A stretch of DNA of 64,000 nt from a virus, in IMG/VR virus record IMGVR_UViG_3300037518_000322, positions 52,663-116,662 of that record, one strand, 5' to 3'. Positions 17,358-28,102 of the stretch are shown here, piece by piece (the stretch's first letter is position 1; each line of letters begins with the position of its first letter). The notes beneath the pieces are model-generated. The model worked only from the letters and a program-made list of their open reading frames with translations. It made no database searches and was not told where the DNA came from. The position numbers and the translations under genes were made by a program.

Positions 17358-17671
17358 GGGTCCACGTCCTTGGGCCGCCGGACGAAGGGTGAATTCCTGC
17401 TCCGGTGCCAGCCGTTCTCCCACATCTCGCCGTACTTCTTGTTGTCCGCTTCGGCGAGTTCCTTGACGATCGGCGGTGCGGGCTCTCCGTTCACTACACG
17501 CTGGACTTCGCACGACGGATAGCGCCTGGCCCCTCGTGGGGTGCGATAGAACCCGATCACCCCTGACTGGGCCCAGCGGGCGACAGTCTGTGAGCAGACG
17601 TCGAAGATCTTCGCGACGTCGCTCGGGCTGTAGGTGTCCCCGTGGATCCACTCCTTCGGGACCTCAGTCAC
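17354..17671 (-). CDS. BldC-like MerR-type HTH protein
   Basis: 'YSPSDVAKIFDVCSQTVARWAQSG..GFYRTPRGARRY...EV' parallels the BldC HTH. Confidence 0.7.
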   Translation of the reverse strand: MTEVPKEWIHGDTYSPSDVAKIFDVCSQTVARWAQSGVIGFYRTPRGARRYPSCEVQRVVNGEPAPPIVKELAEADNKKYGEMWENGWHRSRNSPFVRRPKDVDP

Positions 17672-18032
17672 GCGTGCCTCCTTGTGCCATGGCGAGGGTG
17701 CGTGCGATGTCGGCGAGGGTCTTCGCCTGTTCGTCGACCCGCTTGCGCTCGGCGTCGTAGTCGCGGCGCAGTGCACGAGTGTCCTCAGCGCCTTGGTAGT
17801 GGTGGACGAGGGCTTCGAGAAGGGCCCGGCCGCTGTCGTAGGGGAGCACCACCGTGGGCTTGTGGTGTGCTTCGTCCGCTGCGTAGTTGGCCTCGACGCC
17901 GATCTCTTCCCAGTGGAGGGCGTTGTTCTCGTGCGTGTAGTGCATGAGGCGTCTGCTGTCGTCGCGGTGGTCGACGATGAACACCTCGATGGCGTCACCC
18001 ATGAACAACTGGCCGATGTGGGCGCGGATCAC
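17664..18032 (-). CDS. Hypothetical protein
   Basis: 122 aa, translationally coupled in operon. Confidence 0.5.
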   Translation of the reverse strand: MIRAHIGQLFMGDAIEVFIVDHRDDSRRLMHYTHENNALHWEEIGVEANYAADEAHHKPTVVLPYDSGRALLEALVHHYQGAEDTRALRRDYDAERKRVDEQAKTLADIARTLAMAQGGTRD

Positions 18033-18150
18033 GTGAGCCCCCTGATGATCGGTTCGGCGAACACCAATATGGCGCCCAGGATGGTGCCCAGTGCTATACC
18101 GAGTAGGCCAGCGATGAGGAGGGCGTCGATGGTCTTCTGGTGGTTGCGGT

Positions 18151-20919
18151 TCACTTCTGCCACCTCTCCGGCATGATCTTCCCTCCGGCGGTGAGGGGCA
18201 CGCGGTATGACTTCGTGTCCGTCATGCACGCCTCGACTGTCTTCAAGACCTCTTCCGCCTGGTCGACGGGGGCTTCGAGGAGGATCTCGTCATGTACGGG
18301 CAGGACGAGCATGTCAATGAGTCCGGCGGCGTCCATGACGACCAGGCGCTGCTTCAGGTACTCCGCAGCCGTCCCCTGGATCTTGGCGTTCGGCAGCTGG
18401 GTGTGCTCGCGTCCTTTGTCGGCGATCAGAGGACGTCCGAGCGGGGTGAAAGTGGTGGGCCGTTCGTACTGGCGGGCTTCCCGCACGATGCGGTCGCTCA
18501 TGGTCTTCAGGCCCGGGAAACGCTTGTCGAAGGCTGCCTTGACCGGCGTCATCTGAGCTTCGGTGACACCGGCGGTCTGCGCCATCTTCTCTACACCGGC
18601 CCCGTAGATGCTGTTTCCGGTGAGGACAATGCGAGAGCCTCGTTCGTCGGGGACACGCATCGTCCATGTCCCCAGCTCTGTGGTAACGCACCATACGGGA
18701 CCCTCGCCCACCGGCTCCTTGGTAATCCGCTGGCCGGTCAGGAACGGCCGGGTGCTGTAGACCTTGCCGACCATCTTCTTGCTCCACGCCGCAGTGGGTT
18801 GTTCCCACCGCTCCGTTGATACTTCACCTGCCATGTAGGTCAGCACGGAAACGAGCTCGATTTGCCACGACTTGGTCTTCGTGAACGGCTTGCCGTCGGC
18901 AAGCTGCATGGCGTTGAGCATGGCGCTCGCCTGACTGGAACTGAGCGACGCGGCGAAGATGGCAGCGTCGGGCCACGTGTCGTAGAAACTGCCTGCACGC
19001 CGGATCAGATCGCGTACCCAGGGTCCGTGCAAGTTCCATACGACATAGTCCGGCTGGCTGTCCCTCATGTACCTCTTGTGTGGAACATCGTTCCTCACAA
19101 GGAGATCATCGATTACCGCAGCGTACTTCTTGACCGACTGGCGGATCTCACCAGTGACCATCCGCTTGGTCCCACCCGCTTGAGACGGACCTCCCTCCAC
19201 GTAGTTGACACGCAGAGATCCATCACTCAACAGCCAGCCGAGGATGGCGGCCTCATCATCATTGATTGGCACGCCGTGCGGCTGGTCGAAGGGCGCGGCC
19301 AGGATGATTCGGTGCTCCTTGGAGAGCTCTTCGGTGGTGCAGAACTCTTCAATGAGTGCCCTTGTGCCATCTTTCAGGTACCGGCGCTTCTCACTGAACC
19401 ACCTGTGGTTTGGTGTTGTCACGTACGACTGATGTGCGTTGCCGACCTTAACTAGCTCGGCCGAAGGGTAGTGGTGAAGCTTGGTGATCTTCGTCCACAC
19501 CGACCTTTTCTTGATCGGGTCGTACCCGATCGTCTCGTCCCCGGGCTCCACTTCGTCGCATCTGAGCCAGCCGCGTCGTGTGAGGATCTGGTACTCCAGG
19601 GGCACGCATCCGTACACGGTGTTCTTGGTGAGCTGTCGGCGGTGGTCGTCTTTGCTGATGGGTTCACCGAAGATCTGGCTGGCGACACCGCAGAAGAAGT
19701 CGCCGCCACCCTCGTCGGCTTTGCGGAAGGCCTCGATCAGGCCATCGTCTTGTGAGAAATGGGCGGCAAGTCTTGCCTCAACTTGGTCCAAGTCGCATGA
19801 AATCAAGACATACCCAGGACGGGGGATGAAGGAGCCTCGGATGACCTTGTCGTCACGGGGCAGCTGCTGGAGGGCGGGGTCAGAGACGGACATCCGGCCC
19901 GTCCTAGCCCCCATGACGTTGACGTTCGCACGGACGACGTCGTTCGCATCGCGCAGCTCAAGGAACTTAGCTGAGTATCTGTCACGTATATCCTCAACAT
20001 GCCGGACTGCGCGTATGTACTCGGCGAGTTGACGAACGGCGGTGTTCTCGCCGGAGGTGGCGTAGAACTTCAGGGCGTCCTTGTCGAACCGGGGAGCGCC
20101 CCGGTCGGTGAAGTGAACGACCTTCTGACCTGCCGCCTCCATAGCCTTGGCTATCTGCCCGGATGACTTAGGGCTGGTGATCTTGTGCGCCGACTTCAGC
20201 CAGTCGCGGATCTCTTTGGACTTGGTGTCGAAGTCGGCGATGGAGTCCTCGACATAGGGGACGTCGAGAAGCAAGCCCTTGCGCATCATGGCCGTGCAAA
20301 TGCGGTTCGCAGCACGTTCCAGGCTGTAGGCCTCGGGGCAGGTGGCCTGAATGCGGGGGGTGAAGTGGCGTTCCAGGTGGGCGGTCTCTACTGGATCGAG
20401 ACTCGCGTACAGCCAATAGGGCGCGTAGTCGATGGGGACGGTGCCCCATGTCCAGCCGTTGTCCTTCATTCCCTCGTCGAGCGCCCGCTGTCCATAGGCG
20501 GCGGCGGGGTCGACGATCTTCGATGCGAGGGGCTTGAGGCCGTTGCTGCGGGTGGGGTCGTCCAGGCGCGCCATAGTGAGCGTGTCGTGCAGGCGTTCCC
20601 AGGGGAGTTCGTAGCCGGTGTGTTCGGCGATGAACTGCCAGTCGAAGATGCTGTTGTGGGCGACCCAGTCGCCGTCGTACTGGTGGAAGACTTCGAGGGC
20701 GAGGCCACCCCATTGTTCCCAGGGGATAGCCCAACCTTGGTTGAGGTCTCCGATCTGGATGAGGCGGAGCTTGTCGCGGTAGGCGCTGAGACCGGAGCTT
20801 TCCGTGTCGACAGCGAGGGGGCCTTCGCGGCGCTGGCTGAGCCAGGTCTTGAGCGCGACGGCGTCGCTGACGCTCTCCACGAGGTGGAGTTGTACGTCTG
20901 CGAGCGGTGATGTCGTCAC
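18151..20919 (-). CDS. Family A DNA polymerase (3'-5' exonuclease + polymerase), intein-containing
   Basis: DTES exo motif, TGRMS, DLDQVEAR, K..VYG, IQGTAA, VHDE. Confidence 0.95.
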   Translation of the reverse strand: MTTSPLADVQLHLVESVSDAVALKTWLSQRREGPLAVDTESSGLSAYRDKLRLIQIGDLNQGWAIPWEQWGGLALEVFHQYDGDWVAHNSIFDWQFIAEHTGYELPWERLHDTLTMARLDDPTRSNGLKPLASKIVDPAAAYGQRALDEGMKDNGWTWGTVPIDYAPYWLYASLDPVETAHLERHFTPRIQATCPEAYSLERAANRICTAMMRKGLLLDVPYVEDSIADFDTKSKEIRDWLKSAHKITSPKSSGQIAKAMEAAGQKVVHFTDRGAPRFDKDALKFYATSGENTAVRQLAEYIRAVRHVEDIRDRYSAKFLELRDANDVVRANVNVMGARTGRMSVSDPALQQLPRDDKVIRGSFIPRPGYVLISCDLDQVEARLAAHFSQDDGLIEAFRKADEGGGDFFCGVASQIFGEPISKDDHRRQLTKNTVYGCVPLEYQILTRRGWLRCDEVEPGDETIGYDPIKKRSVWTKITKLHHYPSAELVKVGNAHQSYVTTPNHRWFSEKRRYLKDGTRALIEEFCTTEELSKEHRIILAAPFDQPHGVPINDDEAAILGWLLSDGSLRVNYVEGGPSQAGGTKRMVTGEIRQSVKKYAAVIDDLLVRNDVPHKRYMRDSQPDYVVWNLHGPWVRDLIRRAGSFYDTWPDAAIFAASLSSSQASAMLNAMQLADGKPFTKTKSWQIELVSVLTYMAGEVSTERWEQPTAAWSKKMVGKVYSTRPFLTGQRITKEPVGEGPVWCVTTELGTWTMRVPDERGSRIVLTGNSIYGAGVEKMAQTAGVTEAQMTPVKAAFDKRFPGLKTMSDRIVREARQYERPTTFTPLGRPLIADKGREHTQLPNAKIQGTAAEYLKQRLVVMDAAGLIDMLVLPVHDEILLEAPVDQAEEVLKTVEACMTDTKSYRVPLTAGGKIMPERWQK
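18613..19608 (-). mobile_element. Intein with LAGLIDADG homing endonuclease (332 aa)
   Basis: KNTVYG|CVPL...TPNHRW...ILGWLLSDG...VWCVTT...LTGN|SIYG. Confidence 0.9.
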
Positions 20920-21032
20920 GCGTGCGGCCCCCTCGTGTTTTGTCCGAGGGGCACACGTTAAAGCCATCAAGGTTGACGGCGCAAGATTATCTCATGGGGA
21001 AGTTTTTGTGTCAACCCGAAGGGGACAACTTT

Positions 21033-21389
21033 TTACGCGGCGTCATCGAGGGCGGCGGGTGGGCCGGACTGTCCCAGCCACTTCAGCCAGGCCGCTTGTT
21101 CCTTCTCGGTGCATGCCGGGTAGGCCGTGTCGAGGCCGAGGATGATGAGCACACCCGGGTACTCGTCGTCCTCGCTCAGGAGACTGTCGTTGTCGCGCCG
21201 GTGGTTGGGATGATCACAGGATCCCGTCTTCGGTGTGGTGCACTCATGCTTGTTGCACCGGCGCCGTATCTTCATGGCGGCCATCCGCCGCTGGATGTCG
21301 TCGGCCTCGTCGTCGTCGATCGGCGCGGCGCGGCGGGGCCGGGCGGGAGGCCGGGACTGGGGGGTGTCGTAGTCGTTGTAAAAGTCCAC
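21033..21389 (-). CDS. Hypothetical protein
   Basis: TAAGGA RBS, 118 aa. Confidence 0.45.
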   Translation of the reverse strand: MDFYNDYDTPQSRPPARPRRAAPIDDDEADDIQRRMAAMKIRRRCNKHECTTPKTGSCDHPNHRRDNDSLLSEDDEYPGVLIILGLDTAYPACTEKEQAAWLKWLGQSGPPAALDDAA

Positions 21390-21398
21390 ATCGGTTCC

Positions 21399-22043
21399 TT
21401 ATGTCATCTTTGCTGTCGTGTCGGCGATCCAACGGTAGAAGGCTAGTCGTTCGTCTTCCGGGATCCGGCCCCGCAGCCAGACATCGATGTTCTGCGGCCC
21501 GCCAGCGCCCCAGGCGGGCACCCTTCGGTCCGGAACCTTCCAGGCCTTCGCGATTTCCGGTTCCTCATGTGCGGCCTTACGGAGCAATTTCGCTGCCATT
21601 TCGCTGATTTCGCCATTGCGCTGGTACAGCTTGGCGATGATGTCGGCAGGGTCAATGCATACGTAGAAGTGGGGGTCGTCTCTTTCTTCGGAAATCCGGT
21701 TGATATCATTCATACGTTCAAGTTCGGGCGGGTTGCACCGTTCGCAGGGAAAAAGATTCCTCCACCGGTTATCACTCTGGCGCACGTCGCCCACGGTGGT
21801 GCGTTTATGGTGCGGCTTGGCGCATCGCGCGCTGGGGCGGTGGTAGACGTAGGACCGGGCGGTGATCTCCAGTCCGTAGCGGTACGGAGTGTCTGTGTCG
21901 ATGATCCGGTACAGCGCCATGTCGGTCCAGCGCGGCTTGTCGTCCCGCCCCTCCATGAAGACGGCCAGGGCCTTCCCCTTGAGGGTCAGGGGACCCAGTC
22001 GGTCATGGACGGTGAATTCTTGGATTTCTCCCACGTGTATCAC
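21399..22043 (-). CDS. Hypothetical protein
   Basis: 214 aa ORF in gene order. Confidence 0.55.
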   Translation of the reverse strand: MIHVGEIQEFTVHDRLGPLTLKGKALAVFMEGRDDKPRWTDMALYRIIDTDTPYRYGLEITARSYVYHRPSARCAKPHHKRTTVGDVRQSDNRWRNLFPCERCNPPELERMNDINRISEERDDPHFYVCIDPADIIAKLYQRNGEISEMAAKLLRKAAHEEPEIAKAWKVPDRRVPAWGAGGPQNIDVWLRGRIPEDERLAFYRWIADTTAKMT

Positions 22044-22514
22044 TCTCGCCGGACGCCGTTGACAACATCTGCACGTGCATGTGCATGTGCACCCTCAGTC
22101 ATGTTCAAGACAGAGGGCTGATATGTCTCCGGGTGGGGGGTCCCAGGTGGCCGTAAGCGTGCGCGACCAGCCTTCCTTGTCTCGGCGAAAGAGTAACAGA
22201 CGGGTGACGAACGTCCGCCCTGATGTGGTGCGGATCGCACCGGCGATCAGGGCGGACGCAGCTTTCGGGCAGGTTAGTCCTTTTGGCCGATATCGAGTGG
22301 ACGAATTCCCTTTGCACTCCCTAGGTCAATGTCCCACCGGCGGGGTGTATATCCGTCTTCCCACTCCACTTCCTGCCTGACGGTCGACTCGCTGTCACTC
22401 TCCGGGGCGGGCCGACGCTGCTGGGACATGCAGAAGCTTTCGTGTCCGCATCCGTCGCAGCAGGCTGCGCAGTCGCAGTTGGGCTTCCTGCGTGTATGAC
22501 TCACGATGTGCTCC

Positions 22515-22955
22515 TCACAGGCTGTTCAGCCAGGTCCGGGCACGCGTGGTACGCCACACGTCGGGCTCGATGCCGTAGTCCTTCATGAGCTTCACGCAGT
22601 TCCACGTTCCGCGTGAGCGGGGGCTGGGGAAGGCCAGGCCGTGGATCCGTTCACGGGGAACGGTGTTCACCGCCTCGATGACCATGCCGTGGTTGCGGAT
22701 GGGGCCTGCGGCGCTCCCGTGCTGGTCCCAGTCCGCATCGAAGGCCTTGACCTCTATGTCGTGGACGGTCTGTGCCCAGTCGTCGGCGTACTGGTCGGCG
22801 CCGGTCATCTCGCCGGTGAGTCTGTCCCTGCACGCGCCGTGGAAGAGGATGAACCGGCCGTGCTTGACGTAGAGGGCGTTCAGGTTGCTGTGGACGATGC
22901 GGGGGTAGGGGTAGTCGCGTCCCCCGGTGACGATGACCAGATGCGCGGTGGTCAT
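22515..22955 (-). CDS. DUF2493/YspA-like SLOG family protein
   Basis: 'IVTGGRDY...HGAC...GAD...ADW..HG.AAGPIRN..M...AFP...GT'. Confidence 0.8.
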   Translation of the reverse strand: MTTAHLVIVTGGRDYPYPRIVHSNLNALYVKHGRFILFHGACRDRLTGEMTGADQYADDWAQTVHDIEVKAFDADWDQHGSAAGPIRNHGMVIEAVNTVPRERIHGLAFPSPRSRGTWNCVKLMKDYGIEPDVWRTTRARTWLNSL

Positions 22956-23421
22956 GAGGCCTCACGCAGGCCGTTGAGGACACGGATCACTGTGTTTGTG
23001 TCGGCGTTGAACGTGTGGGGGACGATGGGGTACTCCACCGTCATGTCGTCGTCGTCGGTGGAGTCATCGTCTGTCTGGTGCTGTTCGCTGGCCATAACAG
23101 GCCTTCCTTGTCGTGGATGGTACGAAGCGGCCGGGTCCTTCAGCGTACGAAGGTCCGGCCGCTTGTGCGCCCTCGCGGGCTCATGCCTCTGGCATGAAGG
23201 GGTCGTCGATGGGTATGCCGCCCTTCAGGACCAGAAGGGCGGATTCTTCTCTCTGTTCCCTCAAGTGCCGTCGTGCTGTGTGCAGATGCTGGAGCAGGTG
23301 GCGCGTGGTTTCACTGACACTCTGACCACCGGGTACGTCGCCGAGGACGTCGTCGATTCCCTCCTCGGTGAGCTCGACGAAGACGGTCCGCTGGCCGTGG
23401 ATGCTGCTGACGCGTGGGGCT

Positions 23422-24039
23422 TCAGCCATCGGCGCTCTCGTCCATGCGCACCAGTGCGCTGTTCCTGATGTGCAACATCAATCCCGTTTCACTGGTGTAG
23501 CCCTGCCCAGTCTTGACGCACTCGGCATGCGCGGTGCAGGAATGGGTCAGGATCCCGTCCGGGTCCTCCCAAGTAATCTCCCAGGTCCTGGCCCCGTTGT
23601 GGCACTGGTCGGCGTGTCCGCTCCGCCCGCTGTAGTCGATGCGACGAGGGCCGCCCTTTGACTGCGGGTGGGGCAGCGGGCAGACGATGTACTGCTTGGG
23701 TTTCTCCTTCTTCGCAGGTTCCTCGGCTGCTGGTGCCGTCTCGGGCCCCTCCGCCTTCGGACTCTCCAGCTCCTTCGGCTGCTTCTTAGCCGGGACCTTT
23801 GGTGGGGACTTCTTCCGCTTCTGCTCCGGCGGGAAAGACACGGGTTCGATCGGCTGACCGCAGGCCTGAAGCATCTCCAGGAACTCCCCGTACGCCTTCA
23901 GGCAGCGTTCGCAGAACAGGTATTTCTTGGCAGGCTGCCCGTCAAATGCGATGACGTGCTCCCGGTATGCGAATGTCTCGGGAAGCTCCAGGTGTTCACA
24001 CGGGTCGCACAGGTCCGTGACAACGACGCGGCGGCCCAT
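23422..24039 (-). CDS. Hypothetical Zn-binding protein, possibly Lsr2-like N-terminus
   Basis: 'MGRRVVVTDLCD...IAFDG...YLFC' loosely resembles Lsr2 dimerisation domain. Confidence 0.4.
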   Translation of the reverse strand: MGRRVVVTDLCDPCEHLELPETFAYREHVIAFDGQPAKKYLFCERCLKAYGEFLEMLQACGQPIEPVSFPPEQKRKKSPPKVPAKKQPKELESPKAEGPETAPAAEEPAKKEKPKQYIVCPLPHPQSKGGPRRIDYSGRSGHADQCHNGARTWEITWEDPDGILTHSCTAHAECVKTGQGYTSETGLMLHIRNSALVRMDESADG

Positions 24040-24386
24040 CAGCGCCTCACCCTCTTCGCGATGTTGTTCTGGATCCTGTGCTTACGCAGGATCGCCCGGC
24101 CGTCACGGTCCATGCGGCCAGTCCCTCGTGGCAGCAGGTAGCCCTCGGGGTAGTCCGTGCACTTGACGTTCAGCGTGTAGCCGTCAGCGTCCACGAGCTC
24201 GGTCCGCTTGGTCTGGCATCGGCGGCACTTCTCCGTCTGGGAGAAGGTGCCATCTTCGTTCTCGACCGCGTGAGGGTAGCTCCAGTTGTGGCCCTTCACC
24301 CGGCAATCGACGTGCACGGCCTTGTTCTGGAACACCCACTCTTCGACGTCTTCGGTCGCAGCGTGCTTGAAGCCGTTGGTGGTCAT
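24039..24386 (-). CDS. Hypothetical protein
   Basis: CR..GH.W / C.RC motif, AGAGG RBS. Confidence 0.55.
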   Translation of the reverse strand: MTTNGFKHAATEDVEEWVFQNKAVHVDCRVKGHNWSYPHAVENEDGTFSQTEKCRRCQTKRTELVDADGYTLNVKCTDYPEGYLLPRGTGRMDRDGRAILRKHRIQNNIAKRVRR

Positions 24387-25411
24387 GGTGATGTCCTCTG
24401 TTCTTGGGTCAGCTCAGTGAGGGCAGGAACTGCCAGCGTGGTTCTTCCTGGTGGGGCGTCAGGCCCAGCACGGCCAGGGCTTTTGTGAGGCGGGAGTCCC
24501 ATTCGGGGTCTGCCTTCATCGGGCCTCCTGGTGTCATGCTGATGCTGTCGCCCCAACTGTCCGTGGATTGATAGCTTCCCTCTGCGACGAGGACGACGTA
24601 TACATCGCTGGAGCCGGGGTGTGCGAGGTCGCCGTAGGTGTGGAAGGCGACGCCGTCCAGTGCCCCGTGGGCGCTGAGGTAGCCCATGGCGGCGGCGATG
24701 AATTCGCCACAGCTGCGGCGGTTCCCGACGTCGTAGTACCAGTCGAGGCTGAGTGCGCCGAAGCGGTTGGCTTCCTTGACGTCCCAGCCGTCGGGGTTGC
24801 CGAGGTAGTAGCCGTAGGCCTTGGCTATTGTCGCAACTGGTCGCAATGCTGTCTCCCTCCACGCTGTGGGTGGTATGCAGCCTACCTTCGCATACCACCC
24901 ACAGCAGCGGTGGTCAGCGGTGCAGCCGCAGTTCGAGTGCCTTGGCTGTTCCGGCTTTGTTGACGGTGTAGACGATGCAGCCGTCCGTGTGGGACTCGGC
25001 GAGGTATCCGTAGCGTGTGAGGCGGCGGCAGACCAGTTCAGTCAGGGCCCTGCTCTCGTAGAGCGCTTCGCCGTCCTTGGCGTTCCAGTGGAGTTTGCCC
25101 CGACGGGGCGCCGTGAGCTTCAGCAGTACTTCGGCTGCTGATGTGCTGAGCTTGCGGGTCACCGTGCTGCCTCGCTGTAGTTCTTGCTGGAGTCGTAGAG
25201 GTCGGTGGCTGCGTCACGCAGAAGATGCGGCTGTGTGGTGGCATCGGACGCGGTGACGGGGATCAGTACTAACCCGCCGATGAGGGTGGCTAGTACGAGA
25301 CTGATTCGCATGACAGATTTCTGCCTTCCTTGTCAAGGGTGGAAATTAGCAGCGCTGAGGGGCCGCTCACAAGTGGCACGGCCCCTCAGCGCATCTATTT
25401 GCACACCAGCT

Positions 25412-25588
25412 TTAGCGGCGGGTGGCTGCCCTGTCCTGGCGGCGACGGCGTCCGGAAACGCCGATCATGGCGCACGCTCCTGCCATCAGCAGGAGGCCGG
25501 TGTAGAGCATCAGCTCTGAAGTGGTGCCCAGGCCGGTCGCCGCGAGAGCGGCGCCACCTACTCCGGCTCCGGGCATGTACGTGTTCAC
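25412..25588 (-). CDS. Tiny LAXTG sortase-signal peptide
   Basis: LAATG + hydrophobic helix + RRRR tail; AAGGAG RBS. Confidence 0.55.
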   Translation of the reverse strand: MNTYMPGAGVGGAALAATGLGTTSELMLYTGLLLMAGACAMIGVSGRRRRQDRAATRR

Positions 25589-25614
25589 GGAAGTTGTTCT
25601 CCTTCTTCTTGGTG

Positions 25615-26808
25615 TTACTCGGTCCACGTCGCCGGTCGGCGTCGGGAGAGATAGGACTTGGCCACTGATGTGACCAGCCAGTACATGTGGACGAGGCTGA
25701 AGAGCAGCTCGGGGATGATCAGCAGCTGTACAACGACGGAGCGCCACCCCAGATGCCTGACCGTGAAGGCCCAGTACAACGGCCAGAACAGGACGAGTGT
25801 CAGGTAGGTGGCATTGAAGTCACTGCGGTTCCACGGGGCCGTGCTGGTGAACACCCAGGTCATCCCGTACATCAGCAGGGAGAGTTCGAGGATCAGGATG
25901 GCGAAGGACTGCCAGGTGTGCTTGGTGATCCCTCTGTCCCTGAGGATGTCGATGGCGCCTCTGGTCCATCGTTGGCGCTGGCGGACGAGATCCCTGAGGG
26001 TCGGCATGAGGTCGGTGTATGCGATGCACCACTGGTTTGCGGTGACGCTCCAGCCGCTCTCCTTGAGGGTCAGGGTGGTTTCGTAGTCTTCGACGAGGTT
26101 GCGATCGTTTTCCCAGAAGACGTCGCCGCGCCAGTCGATGACGTCCTGGAGGGCGCTGGTCCGGTAGAAGGACCCGGCTCCGGACATGGTGTGCACGTTG
26201 CGGCGGATGCGTGCGTAGGCGTAGCGGCCGTATTCGATGCGCTGCATGCCGTACAGGAACCGTCGCCAGAGGGACCGTGTGGGTATCTGCCGTCCCCGGC
26301 AGGCGGCAGATACGCCGCCCAGACGTGGGTTGTTGTTCAGGACGCGAACGGCGCGCATGATGAAGCTGGGGTGGAGTTCGGTGTCGGCGTCCATGACCAT
26401 GAGGCGCCGTGCGGCTGCTTCCAGTCGCTTGCCAGTTAGCTGTTGTATGTAGCGAATGCCCGCGTTGAGGGCTCCCGCCTTCTTGTGCGGGTTGATGGGG
26501 AGGACCAGTACCTGGGTCGTGGGCACGTCCGGGCGCGCTGCGAAGTCGCGTGCGATCTCTTCGGTGCGGTCGGTCGAGTTGTTGACGACGACCAGGATCA
26601 GATCAGGCTTCTCGGTCTGCTGGGCTATGCTCCCGAGACCGCTGAGCAGCCCCTCTTCTTCGTTGCGTGCAGGAACCAGAATGACTGTCCCGAAGACAGG
26701 GTCCACTGCTGTTGTGGAGCGTGCGCGTCTGCGTCGCACACCATCCCCCTTGCGATGCGTGTTGCGGGGGCAGTCCTCTTGTGGTGGCCCCATACCAGTT
26801 TTTTTCAC
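25615..26808 (-). CDS. Processive family 2 glycosyltransferase (PgaC/HAS-like)
   Basis: PARNEE, KAGALN, DAD, ED, QRQRW motifs and C-terminal TM helices; start uncertain. Confidence 0.9.
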   Translation of the reverse strand: MKKTGMGPPQEDCPRNTHRKGDGVRRRRARSTTAVDPVFGTVILVPARNEEEGLLSGLGSIAQQTEKPDLILVVVNNSTDRTEEIARDFAARPDVPTTQVLVLPINPHKKAGALNAGIRYIQQLTGKRLEAAARRLMVMDADTELHPSFIMRAVRVLNNNPRLGGVSAACRGRQIPTRSLWRRFLYGMQRIEYGRYAYARIRRNVHTMSGAGSFYRTSALQDVIDWRGDVFWENDRNLVEDYETTLTLKESGWSVTANQWCIAYTDLMPTLRDLVRQRQRWTRGAIDILRDRGITKHTWQSFAILILELSLLMYGMTWVFTSTAPWNRSDFNATYLTLVLFWPLYWAFTVRHLGWRSVVVQLLIIPELLFSLVHMYWLVTSVAKSYLSRRRPATWTE

Positions 26809-28102
26809 TGGTTCAACTTCCTTGTCGTGTGGTGATCCTAATGCACTACTGGCACAGGGTTGACGAACTGGTGAGTAGTCATGGATCTGTGACATGACGG
26901 AGCCCGGGACATCAAGCCCCGGGCCTTCAGGTTGCGTTGGTCAGGTGATGGCAGTTCCGCACTGGTCGCAGCGGTAGACGTAATCTGACAGCAGTTGGTC
27001 CCTGCCGACCTCGTCGCGTGCTGTGAGATCCTTCCCGCAGCTCAAGCAGTACCAGACGGATCCGGCCGTGTAGGCGACGAGGGTGTTGTCCGGTTTCGGC
27101 AGCTCGTGGCCATGCAGCAGTCGGTACATGGCGGCTAGGGTGGCTGCGCTGTGCGGGCCTCTTCGTTGCCATGCGGCGGAGAGCTGTTTCAGTTCGCGTA
27201 CCAGTAGCCGCAGTTCTTGGGTTTCCTTGAGGTGCTGGCCGTCGGCTGCGTCGAGGTCGTGGAGTGCTCCCTTGTGGAAGATCTCCGCAAACTCCAGCTC
27301 CACACCGCGCACTACCCGTTCCGCTTCGAAGTGAGTGCCGCCGTGCATCATGCGGTAGGCGACGATGAGGGCGTCGCGGTCGTGGCTCACGATGCGTCTT
27401 GCCTGTGGGGCAGCGGCTTTGCGAAGCCCCACGTCTGCTCGATGATCTCGATGACATCCATCATCAGATAGGCGCCTTGCCTGTCTGATGCCTGCGCCTG
27501 GTCGCTGGTCATTGCGTCGAGGTCCCGCTGGTCGTACCACTCCTTGGCCTTGACGAGCTTGCGCTGGAGTTCGTCGGGGAGGTGGTGGGTGGGTTCGTGG
27601 TCCACGGTGATGGTGTCCTTGTCTGGTGGGGTGAGGTGCGGCAACTTGACAGATGGCGCCCAATCCGGCCTTGGCGCCCTGCCGCGCCTCCTTACCGGCC
27701 GGTCGACCCCGGGGGTCAGGCGGCACGCGGGAGGGCTGCGACTTCGTAGCGTGCCGTTTCGTCGCGGCGGATGTTGCAGGCGTCGCAGTGGCAGCGCATG
27801 CGGTGGGTGCGGGCGTCGCGGCGTCGGGTGGCGGCGTATGCCTCGATCTGGGCGGCGATGTTGATGTCGTCAGGTGGGAGTGGTTCGCCTTCTGCGCACA
27901 CCGGGCTGGTGATTTTCGCTGTCCACCAGGCGTAGGCCGCGAGGAAAGCGGCGGGGTTGCTGCTGGGGCGTCTGGACGCTGTGTTTTTGGTGAGGGTGTG
28001 GAGATCGGGCATGGCTTTCGCCTTCCTTGTCTGCCAGTCTGTGTTCACCGGTATGCGTCAACCCTTGTCTGGACTGTATCCAGGGTTGGGTGCAGTCGTG
28101 CT

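Noticed and set aside
20984-21014. TTGACA...TAATCT promoter before DNA polymerase
   Set aside because: 19-nt spacer is too long for a confident call
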